Shown in pieces: positions 1-11,259 of a stretch of 64,000 bases of DNA. The notes under the pieces are model-generated. The model was given only the letters and a program-made list of their open reading frames with translations, was not told the DNA's origin and ran no database searches. The first letter of the stretch is position 1, and the number at the start of each line of letters is the position of its first letter. The DNA is taken from assembly GCA_964019335.1 (NCBI GenBank), contig OZ025676.1:248001-312000 (forward strand), written 5' to 3'. The position numbers were made by a program, and so were the translations under genes. Source of the stretch: Diplonema japonicum (Eukaryota > Protista > Euglenozoa: Diplonemea).

Positions 1-3000
1 GGGTCCGTCCCTCTTCCAGTAAGGGGACTGCTCTACGCACATTAGACATTTTATGTCGATAAGAGCATCTTCTGCTTTGTCGGAGAAGGCGAAGAGTGTG
101 TCGTTGGTGTCTTTGCACCGCAGTTCGTTGAGACGCAGCCACACTTCTTGATCGTAGCTGCGCATCTCAACCTTCGACTGGAAGCCGCTCAGCGACACCG
201 AAGCAAAAGACGTCACGTTGTCGTCAGAGATGTTCATCGTCAGAAGCTCGAGGTCCATCTTCATTTGCAACTGCGTCTGATCCTTCCTGCGCTCTATGCC
301 TTCTTTGTCTTTTGAATTGGTCTGCGCTTCTACGGCCAGCTTATGCAAAGACCTGTACAACGCCCTGCACTGCCCAGAGTCGGACATTTCAAGGTCGATT
401 TTCTTCGGAGGGCCGTACACCTGAGGGAGCGAGATGGTCACTGTGTGCTCCTTCAGAACCACTTTAAACGGTGCCCTTTTCAGGTTGAACACACATTGCA
501 GGTACACCTGTGACTCATCAGCGACAGGCTCGTACAATAATAACTTGCTGTGCCGCAAGATAGCAATGCCATGTACCTGTGCAGGAACAGGCGAAACGAC
601 GCCGTTGGTACTCCCTGACCCTACGTCGTTCGCTTCTTGGGTGTAAACAGGTTGATGCTGCTGCCCGACCTGTTTAAGGATTTTACAAATATGCAGCTGC
701 TCATAGATGTAGCCATCGAGTCCCTGCACAGAACCCTTAGTTGGGATAGTTAACAGATCGGGCATTTGCGGCGTGATCCTGTTAACAAGCGTAGTGAGCA
801 TGTCCAAGGTGTGGATAGAGAGGAGGAGGTTCTGCCGGGAGAGCTTCACATTGACGTTCGGGAGCACGCCGTGCACCTTCATGAGAGGCAGGTTGAGACT
901 CTCATTGGTGAGGAGGCGGTCGATGTTCATATTCATGTTGAAGGGACTGACGAAGTCGGTGACACGGGGGTAGCACTTAGAGGCGGAGTTGATCTGGAGG
1001 GTCATAGTACCGCTTTCGTTCCACCACGTCATGAACTCCTCCCCTGATTCGGCGATGCTTGCAGTTATGGTGCTCACGTTCATCTTGTACCTGTCGTAGA
1101 AGTCGTCATCGTCAAGCTCGTTGCCTGCCGCCAACTTGTTCGCACGCATCACAGCATGGCTCACATCGGTGTCCAGAACCAACCCTCCCAGGTTGACCAC
1201 CATCGCCCCCGAAGCAGGGCATTTAAAGGCCTCCTTCCCCACCGTGATGCACTCCGGTATGCTGCTGAACGGTATGATGAAGTTCGAGGCATCTAAATTG
1301 CACGACACGTCGACAGCTCCACTGCCTCTGAGAACAGCATCGAAGTGCCGCTCTGCTATTTCTTTCAGATTGTCGCTAACAGAAGCAACTTCCAGATTAA
1401 TTGCAGCAGGCGGGCGGAAGAACGAAGCAGTCCTGGCAACGAACGACGGGTGTAGGATGACGTCAAGCGGTGCTAACTGGATGTCAAAGGCGAGAGCGGC
1501 TCGTCCGTCCAAGGGGTTTTTCTCCACGACGCAGAGGAGAAGGTCTTTACGCTTCTTTAAGTCCTTAGCGGAGCGACGGGCAATCTTTTTGTAAGGGCCG
1601 ATGTCGGGGGACCTGTCGGTGATGTCGAGGTTACCGAGGGAGATGATTGCTTTGAAGGCGTCTTTCATGCTATTCATTTTGAACGTCATGTCGGTTAGGG
1701 TGAGATCCATGAACATCCCGCTGCCCGCCTCGGGGGGCGCAACAAGCTGGACCTCACCTTGCTCGATTTGAACGGTAGTGGTGGTGTGGATGTAATCGGC
1801 AGGCAGATCGTCAACTTTGTCTGTCGTCTCGATGAGACCAAGTGCTGATAACTGCTGGCGATCCTCATCTGTCCACGATTGTGACTCATTCATTGATGGG
1901 TCTTCTTCACCGGTAGGCTGCTTCGACCACCCTCCGCCCACCCACGACATCCACCCCTTGCGTTGCGATTTCCTCTCCTCAACAAGTCTCCTTTGTGTCT
2001 CGTACTGCATAGTGTCTATCTTCAAATCACTGTACGCCACCTTTCTAAACCACTTAATATGCTCCAATTCCATCTCATCGTGTAACTCCTGCAGTGTTGC
2101 TTCCTCCGCCTTCGTCAGCGGCGGTAACCATTGAACTCCTTGTTTTCTCTTATACAGCTCCGTGTACTGTGACCCCAGATGCTTGAACCGCTTCACCTTC
2201 GCCCAGTCAATTCTGTTCCTTTCCCGCGTTTCTCGCACTAAATGCAGAACGCACTCTGTGGCATACCGCCACCACCTCCCAGCATTGCCCGCCACCAGAA
2301 CAGTGGGGCGGAACTTCCGGAATTTATCGACACCCTCGAAGTTGGCAATGTAGTCGACTATCTGTAAGACGCGTTCGTACTGGTCGCGCGAGATTTTGAA
2401 CTTGAGCGAAGAGAGGATGATGGAGGACGTCACACGGGGTGTCTCGAAGCTAAGCCTGCCCTGCTGAAGGCGGAGCTTGAGGGTGATCGAAGAGGGGTCG
2501 ATGATCTGATTCTGCGGCAGCGAAGCTGCTTCAAGGGCAGTTTCTAGTTCTGACCAAAGGGAAGACTGGGGTACAGCAGAAGAGTCAACCTGAGAAGCCG
2601 GGGGGTAGCGCAGCGTAAGCATCGTATCACGAGGGCACGGCGTAACATAAGCCGCCCACCCTTCAAGGGAAAATATTTTGTGGAGAAGATTGCGGGTAGT
2701 CACGAAGCCAGGGTTCCAGTCATGGTCGGTGGTGATGCACTGCGCATTTGTGAGGGTGAAACCAAGCGCGACTGGGTTGTGCGGGTCTGTGTCGCAGTCT
2801 TCATATCGCAAGTGCACGTTGCGCACCCTGAGTTGCAGGTTGTTGCTGATGGCATCCTGAAACCGCTCCAAGTACGACCGCTGCTCGGGTGCACCTTCCT
2901 CACCCTTCTCTCGCATAGCTTCGAACTCCTCTAACGCCTTCAATTTCCTTTCCTTCTCCGCTTCTTGTTCCGCCTCTTCATCCCACGGTGCCCCTTTCTT

Positions 3001-3273
3001 TGGTCTCATGAGCACATACAGCCCTTCTATCTCGATTACAACAGGCTCGCTCGCCAATCGTGTCCACGGAATAACCACCTTAAGCTTTCCGATGTGTCCC
3101 CTGTGGCAGATTATGGGCAGCCTCCCGGGTATTAATGCATGTGGCCGGAGCTCTAGGTTTCTCAAATCCAGCTGCCCGTTCCACAGGCTCACGCCCAGTT
3201 GCTCCGTGCCTATCCCCCTCAGGTACTTCCCCAAATATGTTGCTAGGAAGTTCGACACATATTGCTCCAACAT
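1..3273 (-). CDS. VPS13: VPS13-family lipid transfer protein, N-terminal part (3' end outside window)
   Basis: Manual translation from the ATG at 3273 gives MLEQYVSNFLATYLGKYLRGIGTEQLGVSLWNGQLDLRNLELRPHAL...GHIGKLKVVIPWTRLASEPVVIEIEGLYVL, the chorein-N signature. Later segments include VVEKNPLDG, LAPLDVILHP, VVNLGGL and DFYDRY. The frame is open to the window edge, so the ORF track does not list it. Confidence 0.93.
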   Translation of the reverse strand, partial: MLEQYVSNFLATYLGKYLRGIGTEQLGVSLWNGQLDLRNLELRPHALIPGRLPIICHRGHIGKLKVVIPWTRLASEPVVIEIEGLYVLMRPKKGAPWDEEAEQEAEKERKLKALEEFEAMREKGEEGAPEQRSYLERFQDAISNNLQLRVRNVHLRYEDCDTDPHNPVALGFTLTNAQCITTDHDWNPGFVTTRNLLHKIFSLEGWAAYVTPCPRDTMLTLRYPPASQVDSSAVPQSSLWSELETALEAASLPQNQIIDPSSITLKLRLQQGRLSFETPRVTSSIILSSLKFKISRDQYERVLQIVDYIANFEGVDKFRKFRPTVLVAGNAGRWWRYATECVLHLVRETRERNRIDWAKVKRFKHLGSQYTELYKRKQGVQWLPPLTKAEEATLQELHDEMELEHIKWFRKVAYSDLKIDTMQYETQRRLVEERKSQRKGWMSWVGGGWSKQPTGEEDPSMNESQSWTDEDRQQLSALGLIETTDKVDDLPADYIHTTTTVQIEQGEVQLVAPPEAGSGMFMDLTLTDMTFKMNSMKDAFKAIISLGNLDITDRSPDIGPYKKIARRSAKDLKKRKDLLLCVVEKNPLDGRAALAFDIQLAPLDVILHPSFVARTASFFRPPAAINLEVASVSDNLKEIAERHFDAVLRGSGAVDVSCNLDASNFIIPFSSIPECITVGKEAFKCPASGAMVVNLGGLVLDTDVSHAVMRANKLAAGNELDDDDFYDRYKMNVSTITASIAESGEEFMTWWNESGTMTLQINSASKCYPRVTDFVSPFNMNMNIDRLLTNESLNLPLMKVHGVLPNVNVKLSRQNLLLSIHTLDMLTTLVNRITPQMPDLLTIPTKGSVQGLDGYIYEQLHICKILKQVGQQHQPVYTQEANDVGSGSTNGVVSPVPAQVHGIAILRHSKLLLYEPVADESQVYLQCVFNLKRAPFKVVLKEHTVTISLPQVYGPPKKIDLEMSDSGQCRALYRSLHKLAVEAQTNSKDKEGIERRKDQTQLQMKMDLELLTMNISDDNVTSFASVSLSGFQSKVEMRSYDQEVWLRLNELRCKDTNDTLFAFSDKAEDALIDIKCLMCVEQSPYWKRDGP

Positions 3274-3466
3274 CTTGAGCCCCCTTGCCCCTGCCTGGCT
3301 TTAATGAACGGTACGGAAGGCTTTTTATTTTGGGAATAAAAAAGAAGAAAAAAACAGAGAGAAAAGGAAAAAAAAAACCTTTGGCGCTGAGAGGCACCCC
3401 TATCTGACGATAGGTGTAGAGAAGGTTTAACGAAGAAAAAAACAGAACCAATAAAAGAGGAAAGGC

Positions 3467-3799
3467 CTACGCCACAGCGTAAAGGGTACGACCCTGCTTC
3501 TTCAGGGCGAAGAGGATGTCAGCGGCACGCACAGTCTTCCTCCCTGTGAGCTCCAGGAGGGTCGCGGTGTCGGCCATCACCTTGTCCACGAAGGACCTCA
3601 GGATGGTCCTCGCCTCGTCGTAGGCGCTCGCTGCGATCCTCTTGCACCCACCACGCCTGGCGATCCTCCTGATGCTCCCCTTCGTGATCCCACGGCTGCT
3701 GACCTTCGTGTTCCTCTTCCCGCCACCACCCTTCGTCACATTCTTCGACTTCGAAGTCACTGACTTGCCCTTCGCGGAGGTCTTTCCTTGGCCGGCCAT
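3467..3799 (-). CDS. H4: Divergent histone H4
   Basis: Histone fold GITKGSIRRIARRGGCKRI...RKTVRAADILFALKKQGRTLY. ATG at 3799 follows an A-tract. The N-tail is non-canonical. Confidence 0.92.
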   Translation of the reverse strand: MAGQGKTSAKGKSVTSKSKNVTKGGGGKRNTKVSSRGITKGSIRRIARRGGCKRIAASAYDEARTILRSFVDKVMADTATLLELTGRKTVRAADILFALKKQGRTLYAVA

Positions 3800-3990
3800 T
3801 TTTCTCTTTTTTTTGGTAGTGTTTGAGAACTTTAAAAACATTTTTTTTTGTGGTTCGTGAGAATAACAGGGGAAAAACAGGTTGGTGGATAGAGCCACCC
3901 CAGAAGCAGCTGTGTTGCTGTCACTGGTACAAAGAAGGGAGGAAACTGACAAAACAGTGAAAAAAAAGGGGGGAAACAGGTGTGCTTTGC

Positions 3991-4419
3991 TTATTTCCCC
4001 TGGAGCTCGCCACGGATGCGCCTGGCGATGTTGAGGTCAAGGTGGTTGAGGGTTTGCTTCTTCCTGTGGATCTGCATCATGACAGCCGCCTGGAAGAGCC
4101 CGACCATGTAGCTCTCCGTCGCCTCCTGCACCGCCTCCAGAGCAGACGGCTTGAAGGACAACCCCGTCTTGTAGTTGTTCATGGTCTCCCTCACCAGCCT
4201 CTGGAAGGGTGCCTTCTGCAGCAGAAGCTTCGAGGTCTTCTGCAGTTTGAAGATCTCACGCAGGGCAACGGTTCCGGGCCTCCACCTCCTCTTCCCCTCG
4301 CTGCTCTCCTCCTTCTTGCTCTTCTTCGACTTCTTCTCCTTCTTCGTCTTCTTGCTCTTCTTCGTCACCTCTCCTGCGGGAGGCCTCCCACCAGTCGACT
4401 TTAGGGAAGAGCGCGGCAT
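3991..4419 (-). CDS. H3: Divergent histone H3 variant
   Basis: RRWRPGTVALREI..LQK...LLLQKAPFQRLVRE...ALEAVQEATE...ARRIRGE. The ARTKQTAR tail is replaced by MPRSSLKSTGG plus a Lys-rich segment. Confidence 0.92.
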   Translation of the reverse strand: MPRSSLKSTGGRPPAGEVTKKSKKTKKEKKSKKSKKEESSEGKRRWRPGTVALREIFKLQKTSKLLLQKAPFQRLVRETMNNYKTGLSFKPSALEAVQEATESYMVGLFQAAVMMQIHRKKQTLNHLDLNIARRIRGELQGK

Positions 4420-4682
4420 TTTCTTTGTTTTGTGTTTTGAAAAAACTGTGAGCGCGGGTAAGGGGAAACAAAGACAAAGAAAATAAAGACAAAAATAAAA
4501 AGAAATAAGGGAAAAAAAAACAGAGAGATACAAAAAAAAAGAAAAAAAGACAGGAAATGGAGGGGTACGGTGCTCAGCGACACCACCTGCCGGAGGGGGT
4601 GTGGGGGGGGAAGTGAAAGGGATACTCACAACATCAACAACAGGAAAAAAATACATCAAACAAAGGGTGAGAGGCAACGTTT

Positions 4683-5186
4683 CTATTTGCTGCTCTTCTT
4701 CTCCTTCTTGTCCTTCTTTTCCTTCTTGTCCTTTTTGGCCTTCTTGCTCGCCTTCTCGTCAGAGTCGACAGGCTCCTTCTTCTTCTTCATCACTGCGTTG
4801 TGGACGTGCTTCACCACACCGCCGCCCGCGATCGTGACCTGCGACAGGAGCTGGCTGAGGTCCTCGTCTTGCCTCACCGCGAGGCAGATGTGGCGGGGCT
4901 TGATTTTGTGCTGCACCTCATATTCCTCGTCGCCCTCCCTGCTCTTGCACATCTTCCACGCGCTCTTCCCCGCCAGGGTCAGCAGCTCTGACGTGCAGTA
5001 CTCCATCACCGCCGTCAGGAAGACAGCAGCAGGCGCGCTCACCCTCTTCGCAAAACGGCCCTTCTTCAGGCTGCTCCCCACCCTACCCACAGGGAAGGTC
5101 AGCCCAGACCTCTGCGACTTCGACACATTCTTCTGTCCCTTCTTCGCTCCCCTCTTCTTCGGGCTGGTCTTAGTCTGAGTAACCAT
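4683..5186 (-). CDS. H2A: Divergent histone H2A with L2 insertion and Lys-rich C-tail
   Basis: SGLTFPVGRV...RVSAPAAVFLTAVMEY..ELLTLAG...IKPRHICLAVRQDEDL..LL..VTIAGGGV; C-tail KKDKKEKKDKKEKK. Confidence 0.93.
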   Translation of the reverse strand: MVTQTKTSPKKRGAKKGQKNVSKSQRSGLTFPVGRVGSSLKKGRFAKRVSAPAAVFLTAVMEYCTSELLTLAGKSAWKMCKSREGDEEYEVQHKIKPRHICLAVRQDEDLSQLLSQVTIAGGGVVKHVHNAVMKKKKEPVDSDEKASKKAKKDKKEKKDKKEKKSSK

Positions 5187-5234
5187 TTTGTTGTTGTTGT
5201 TGTTAGTGTGGTGGTTTAGGTTCACTGTGGTGGT

Positions 5235-5235
<1 letters not shown>

Positions 5236-5272
<37 letters not shown>

Positions 5273-6360
5273 CCTTCCGTTGCTTACAAATAAACGAAAC
5301 GAAAAAAAATTCGATAAAGTTTCAGTGTGCATTCAAGTAGAAATTCACACTAATCGGTCACCGTTCTGCGGTTGCTGTCTGGTGCCTGCGGTGGCTGTTT
5401 GTCGCGATGAGATGGACGGCATCTGGGCGAGAAACATTACATGGAGTCGTGCTAGGTAAGGGGCTGTTTGGCTCGAGGAGAAGAGTGGTCTCCTGTCGTA
5501 GCCGTGTGCCGTCGGCCCCCCCCATATGTCGCAAGGTATGCACCCTCGACTTAGCTTTGGCAGGGAAAGCATTGCGCCCCCCTTTCTCTGCACTCTTCTG
5601 GATGCGACCCAAGGAGATATCGCATTCTATTGGCTTTCTCCGTGAGGAAGTCCTGGTCGTTAAGCGGGCCTATGAATGACCGGCGGGTGGTCTGCTCATA
5701 GTCAATCGCGAGCTCCATCGTTGTGATGGAAGTCTTGCTCTTACCTACGTACCATCGCAGGCCTCTTAGCCATTTGAGGACGCTCTTCAAGTGGAACTCC
5801 AGGATCAAGCCCGACGCTCCATTCGATTTCAGAAACGCCTCTGTTGGAACATCATGTTGCTTCCCAGTTTTAACCTCATCCCTTGGGTTGCAGGTGAGTA
5901 GCCTCACACTCCTCTCCGCCGCCTTGGCGTCACGCTCTGTCACGACATTCACTAAATACGTCTGGATCATCCTCGCCCGTTTCTTTGCATCCTCATCTGC
6001 TCCCCTCGGAATGATTCCATGCAGGGCTGTAGCCACAAAATCGGATGCACAGTAAACACCGCACCGCTAATGACCCGTCTCATCCTAAAGGCGATCAGGG
6101 GCTTCCTCGCCTGGAGGCTCTTCCACCAACTGTTCGTGGACGGACACGCACCGGTTTCCATTCCAGCAAAAGATGTCCTCCTCTTCGCGATTGCAGGCCT
6201 GATCACTTGCCTTACCGTATGTGGCACATTCGCTTCCCCTCGCAAGGCGACGATAAAGGACCACTCCTTGCCTAGCAGTGGGAGCCATCTCCTCAGCAGA
6301 CTACCAACCGGACCCACAGTCTTGCAATTGTCGTGGTCCTGATAGTGGCGAGCGATCCAA
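5236..6360 (-). mobile_element. Non-LTR retrotransposon 3' fragment (degenerate pol C-terminus) with possible poly(A) tail
   Basis: Frameshifted ORF pieces (…MRRVISGAVFT…ALHGIIP…WLRGLRW…TTMELAIDYEQTT…) resemble LINE pol C-termini. A ~37-nt A-run on the minus strand (5236-5272) abuts the H2A 5' UTR. Confidence 0.6.
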
Positions 6361-6362
6361 AA

Positions 6363-6640
6363 AATATATGAGTTAAAGGAGGCCGGTTGGCAGCGCCCTG
6401 CACAAGAACTGTCTTGATTACAGGGGGCGCACCGCGGCCGAGTTGTAGCTTCGGGTGTAAAAGTGTTTGCATGAAACCTGCCGCCCACCCTCTCTTCCAT
6501 CCATTTTTGTGCCCCATTTGCCCCTCTTGTCCAACGTAAGCCCTTTGACCCGTTGCTTGTACCTGTAGGTGTAAGGAGCCGTACGCACAGCCGTCTTTTT
6601 CAGATTTTGCTGCGTACGCGTACGCCGACAACGTAGCCCT
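6363..6640 (-). repeat. Retro-derived short element ending in the shared CCTTTAACTCATATAT tail
   Basis: 6363-6452 is nearly identical to the 3' ~90 nt of the repeats at 35367, 40311 and 41347. Confidence 0.65.
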
Positions 6641-6664
6641 TAGGGGGGGGGGGGGGGGGGGGGG

Positions 6665-7098
6665 TCTATCTCTTGATGCTTCCTTTTTGGAGCCTCGCTT
6701 TCGTTCCGATGGCGGATACCAGTGTCTTTCGCAGACGTTTGATGCGGTCCTTCTTCAGGTTCGTCCTCAGCTCCCTTAGCCTGTCCTGGGTCTCTCGTGA
6801 GGCGAAGATACCTCTTCCTTCTTTGTATCGTACTTGTCGTTCACTTTTTCGAACCGAATCAATTTTTTGATCCTTCGCGCCTTTTCCTCCTGCGTTACAC
6901 CCAGCGATCTACGTGTCGTCGCTTCAAACTCTAGGGCCAACTCCACCGCCGTCACCTCCGACGTCGTGTCTCCTTCCACCCATCTTAGCGATAGTTATTT
7001 CAACAGCGACTCCGCGTACATCCGCAGTATCCCACTTGTCGTCCCGAGCTGCTCCAACGTCGGTGTCAAGTGCTTCACCACCACAACCTTTTGTTCAC
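6665..7098 (-). mobile_element. Second non-LTR retrotransposon fragment (paralogous subfamily)
   Basis: LSLRWVEGDTTSEVTAVELALEFEATTRRS aligns with LRGLRWYVGKSKTSITTMELAIDYEQTTRRS in the 5.3-6.3 kb fragment. Contains an in-frame stop. Confidence 0.6.
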
Positions 7099-7452
7099 AT
7101 CGCTGCCCGCGATCGTGACCTGCGACAGGAGTATCTTGAGGTCCTCGTCTTGCCTCACCGCGAGGCAGATGTGGCGGGGCTTGATTTTGTGCTGCACCTC
7201 ATATTCCTTCTCGCCCTTCCTCTCCCACGCGCTCTTCCTGCCAGGATCAGCAGCTCTAACGTGCAGTGCTCCATCACCGCCGTCAGGAAGACAGCAGCAG
7301 GCGCGCTCACCCTCTTCGCGAAACGGCCCTTCTTCAGGCTGCTCCCCACCCTACCCACAGGTCAGCCCAGACCTCTTCGACTTCGACACATGCTTCTGTC
7401 CCTGCTTCTTCGATCTCCTCTTCTTCGGGCTGGTCTTAGTCTGGGTAACCAT
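7099..7452 (-). pseudogene. H2A: Histone H2A pseudogene (copy of 4683-5186, frameshifted and 3'-truncated)
   Basis: High nucleotide identity to the intact H2A, including its 5' UTR. It has a 5-nt deletion in LTFPVG, a deletion in the L2 region, and truncation after VTIAG by the retroelement. Confidence 0.9.
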
Positions 7453-7711
7453 TTTTGTTGTTGTTGGTGTGGTGGTTTAGGTTCAAGCTGTGGTGTGATT
7501 CCCCCCCCCCGTTTTTTGCTTTCTTGTTCAAGAAAAATGCAGGGAAATAAAAAAAGAAATAGGAACAAAGAGGGAGAACAGTGGTTATCGCCACCACGCT
7601 TCTTCATCTTGAAGAAACGTTACAAAAGAAAAAAATGGAAAAAAAAATAATACACAACAAAAGAAAAAAAGAAAGAAGCGGTGAGAGGAAGGAAGAAGAG
7701 ACTTGGGCTTA

Positions 7712-8149
7712 TCAGTTCTTCTTCTTGGACTTCTTTGGCTTGGTCACATCACCACCACCGAAGGTCCCGACAGCGCTGGCACCGGCAGCAAGGGCGTGGG
7801 TCGCGAGTTCCTTGGGAAGCTGCAGCTTCACCGCCGCCATGACAGCCTTGGAGCTCAAGGTCTTCACCTGTGCGTGTGTGGTGAGGCGCCCCGCCTCCCC
7901 AGCGAGCCTGTCGAACAGGTCCACCACGAAGGAGTTCACGATCGCCATCCCTTTCGCCGTGATCTGCACCTTGCTGTCCTTTTTGTCCTGCTTCCTCATC
8001 AGCCTGTGGATGTACGTGTTGTAGCTCGCATAGCTCGACTTCTTCCTCCTCTTCTCACCGTCATCCTCCTTCTTCACCTTCTTCACCTTCTCCTTCTTGT
8101 CCTTCTTCGACTTTCCCCTCTTTGCAACGGGCGACGACTTGGGCGACAT
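7712..8149 (-). CDS. H2B: Divergent histone H2B
   Basis: SYNTYIHRLMRKQ...ITAKGMAIVNSFVVDLFDRLAGEAGRL...TLSSKAVMAAVKLQLPKELATHA. Has a Lys-rich N-tail and a C-terminal extension. Confidence 0.93.
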   Translation of the reverse strand: MSPKSSPVAKRGKSKKDKKEKVKKVKKEDDGEKRRKKSSYASYNTYIHRLMRKQDKKDSKVQITAKGMAIVNSFVVDLFDRLAGEAGRLTTHAQVKTLSSKAVMAAVKLQLPKELATHALAAGASAVGTFGGGDVTKPKKSKKKN

Positions 8150-8643
8150 CTTGTCTTTTTGTGTTGTGGGTATTTTTTTTTTGCTAGCTGTTCGTGTGTT
8201 GTGTGTTCAGAGCAGTCGAAGCACGTGGGGGAGCAGTTTGGCACAATAACTAAGGTGTTATAAAAGAAAAACGAAAAAGAAAAGAAAGCAAAGCCAAGAA
8301 AGAAAAGGTATGGAAGTAAACAATTAAAAGGAAAAACCAGGGGGGGGGGGGAACTAGAAAAAGGATTTATTTCAGGGACCAGACCTCACTCCCGGCCCTT
8401 CCTGCCCATGAGTCCACAAAGAGAGCTAGCCAAGGAAGACACCAACAACAGGGAGGGGCAAAAGGAAGTAGTCTGGTCAAAAGGGCAGGAGGGTAGAATA
8501 AATTTGGGGGAGGGAAACCAGTGTATGCAGTTGTTCACTGAAATAAATTCACTATTATAGGAACGAAGTGGTTAGCACTGGCCCGCGAATAAAAGAAAAC
8601 AAAAAACATAGTTCTCAGCACTGCATACATGTCTTGCGATTGT

Positions 8644-9250
<607 letters not shown>

Positions 9251-9262
9251 AAAATAAAAAAA

Positions 9263-9468
9263 GCGATGTTTAAGGGCAAATCCCACTTGAGGACCCCGTC
9301 TAGAGCGAGGATGTCGGTGGCACCCACAGAAGAATAAGTCACAGCGGGGTACGCGGCGAGACGGCAACATCGATGGCCAAGACGAAGTCGAGGGCGTCGA
9401 AGTCGAAGAGCCGAAGCCAAGCGAGAGACACCGAGCGAAGACCAAGGGAAAGAGACCCCTTAGTTACC
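9263..9468. mobile_element. ~205-bp insertion absent from the paralogous unit at ~11050
   Basis: The paralogue reads AAAAATAAAAAATGGACTAC. Here a GC-rich segment interrupts it and is flanked by TAAAAAA on both sides (possible TSD). Confidence 0.55.
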
Positions 9469-9584
9469 TAAAAAATGGACTACCGACAGACATTGCTCGT
9501 TGTCTTTCTTTCTTTCTTCCTTTAAAAAGTTAGCAGCGAAAAGTTGTCAGTTGTGAATAATGCGGTGTTGATCTTTTGTGTTGC

Positions 9585-9679
9585 AGTATCAGGAGGGGAA
9601 AGGGGAAAAGGGGTAAACCCTTTCCTTCCTTTCATCCATTCAAATTGACGTGCAAATAAGAAGATACGTCATCATGATA
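9585..9679 (-). ncRNA. Box C/D snoRNA (family B, copy 1)
   Basis: Box C ATGATGA, D' TTGA, C' GGATGA, D CTGA, terminal TATCA/TGATA stem. Guide ATTTGCACGTCA is complementary to conserved LSU UGACGUGCAAAU. Confidence 0.85.
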
Positions 9680-9711
9680 GGTCCAAAATGTGATTTGCCT
9701 GTTGGGACGTT

Positions 9712-9799
9712 GTGATCAGAAGACCATCGTGAAGTATTACTGTTGTCCTAAGTCATGGTCGGTCAGAGTGAGCTGGATTAGTATTTCGTCATCACTTCC
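9712..9799 (-). ncRNA. Box C/D snoRNA (family A, variant copy with shifted D' guide)
   Basis: Box C GTGATGA, D' and D CTGA. The D' guide CCAGCTCACT has 2 extra nt relative to copies 1 and 3. Confidence 0.88.
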
Positions 9800-10186
9800 T
9801 TCTTTTCACGGGAAAGAAAAGCAAAGCTCCCGAGGTAGGTTTCGGTTTCCAATCCAAACTAAGGAGAGTCAAAGAACAACGAATAAATTGTCAAGAACTA
9901 AGGAGTTAAAAAAACCAAAAAAAAAAAAATAATGTGAAAAAGAAGAAGACTTTTGTGTGGAACCAGACCATCCCCTTGACCCTCTCCTGCAAAGCTCATG
10001 AGTCCACAAAGAGAGCTAGCCAGAGAAGACACAACAACAGGGAAGGGCAAAGGGAAGTCTGGGAAAAGGTTAGAATGAGTGTCAAAGCTAATAAGGCCTT
10101 GGTTCTTGAACCAAGAAAGAAAGGGGGAGGGGAAAGTGAAAATAGAACCTCCCTCCAAGGTCCTAGGAATTGGATTGAATTTTTGC

Positions 10187-11040
<854 letters not shown>

Positions 11041-11165
11041 AAAAATAAAAAATGGACTACCGACAGACATTGCTCGTTGTCTTTCTTTCTTCTCCTACTC
11101 TTTTAAAAAGTTAGCAGCGAAAAGTTGTCAGTTGTGAATAATGCGGTGTTGATCTTTTGTGTTGC

Positions 11166-11259
11166 AGTATCAGGAGGGGAAAGGGAAAAGGGGTAAACCC
11201 TTTCCTTCCTTTCATCCATTCAAATTGACGTGCAAATAAGAAGATACGTCATCATGGTT
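11166..11259 (-). ncRNA. Box C/D snoRNA (family B, copy 2)
   Basis: Near-identical to 9585-9679, with the same boxes and guide. Confidence 0.85.

Noticed and set aside
434-3451. Numerous short ORFs in the track
   Set aside because: They are antisense or out-of-frame shadows of VPS13.
3991-4419. H3 variant as centromeric CenH3
   Set aside because: No loop-1 insertion, and Q68/F84-equivalent residues are retained (PFQRL, LSF).
3300-8300. Replication-dependent histone 3' stem-loops
   Set aside because: No canonical GGYYYTTYHNRRRCC hairpin was found after any histone stop codon.
9524-9578. Conserved hairpin between snoRNAs (also ~11105-11160) as an H/ACA RNA
   Set aside because: It folds better on the non-coding strand, and no convincing AGA/ACA box or target pocket was seen.
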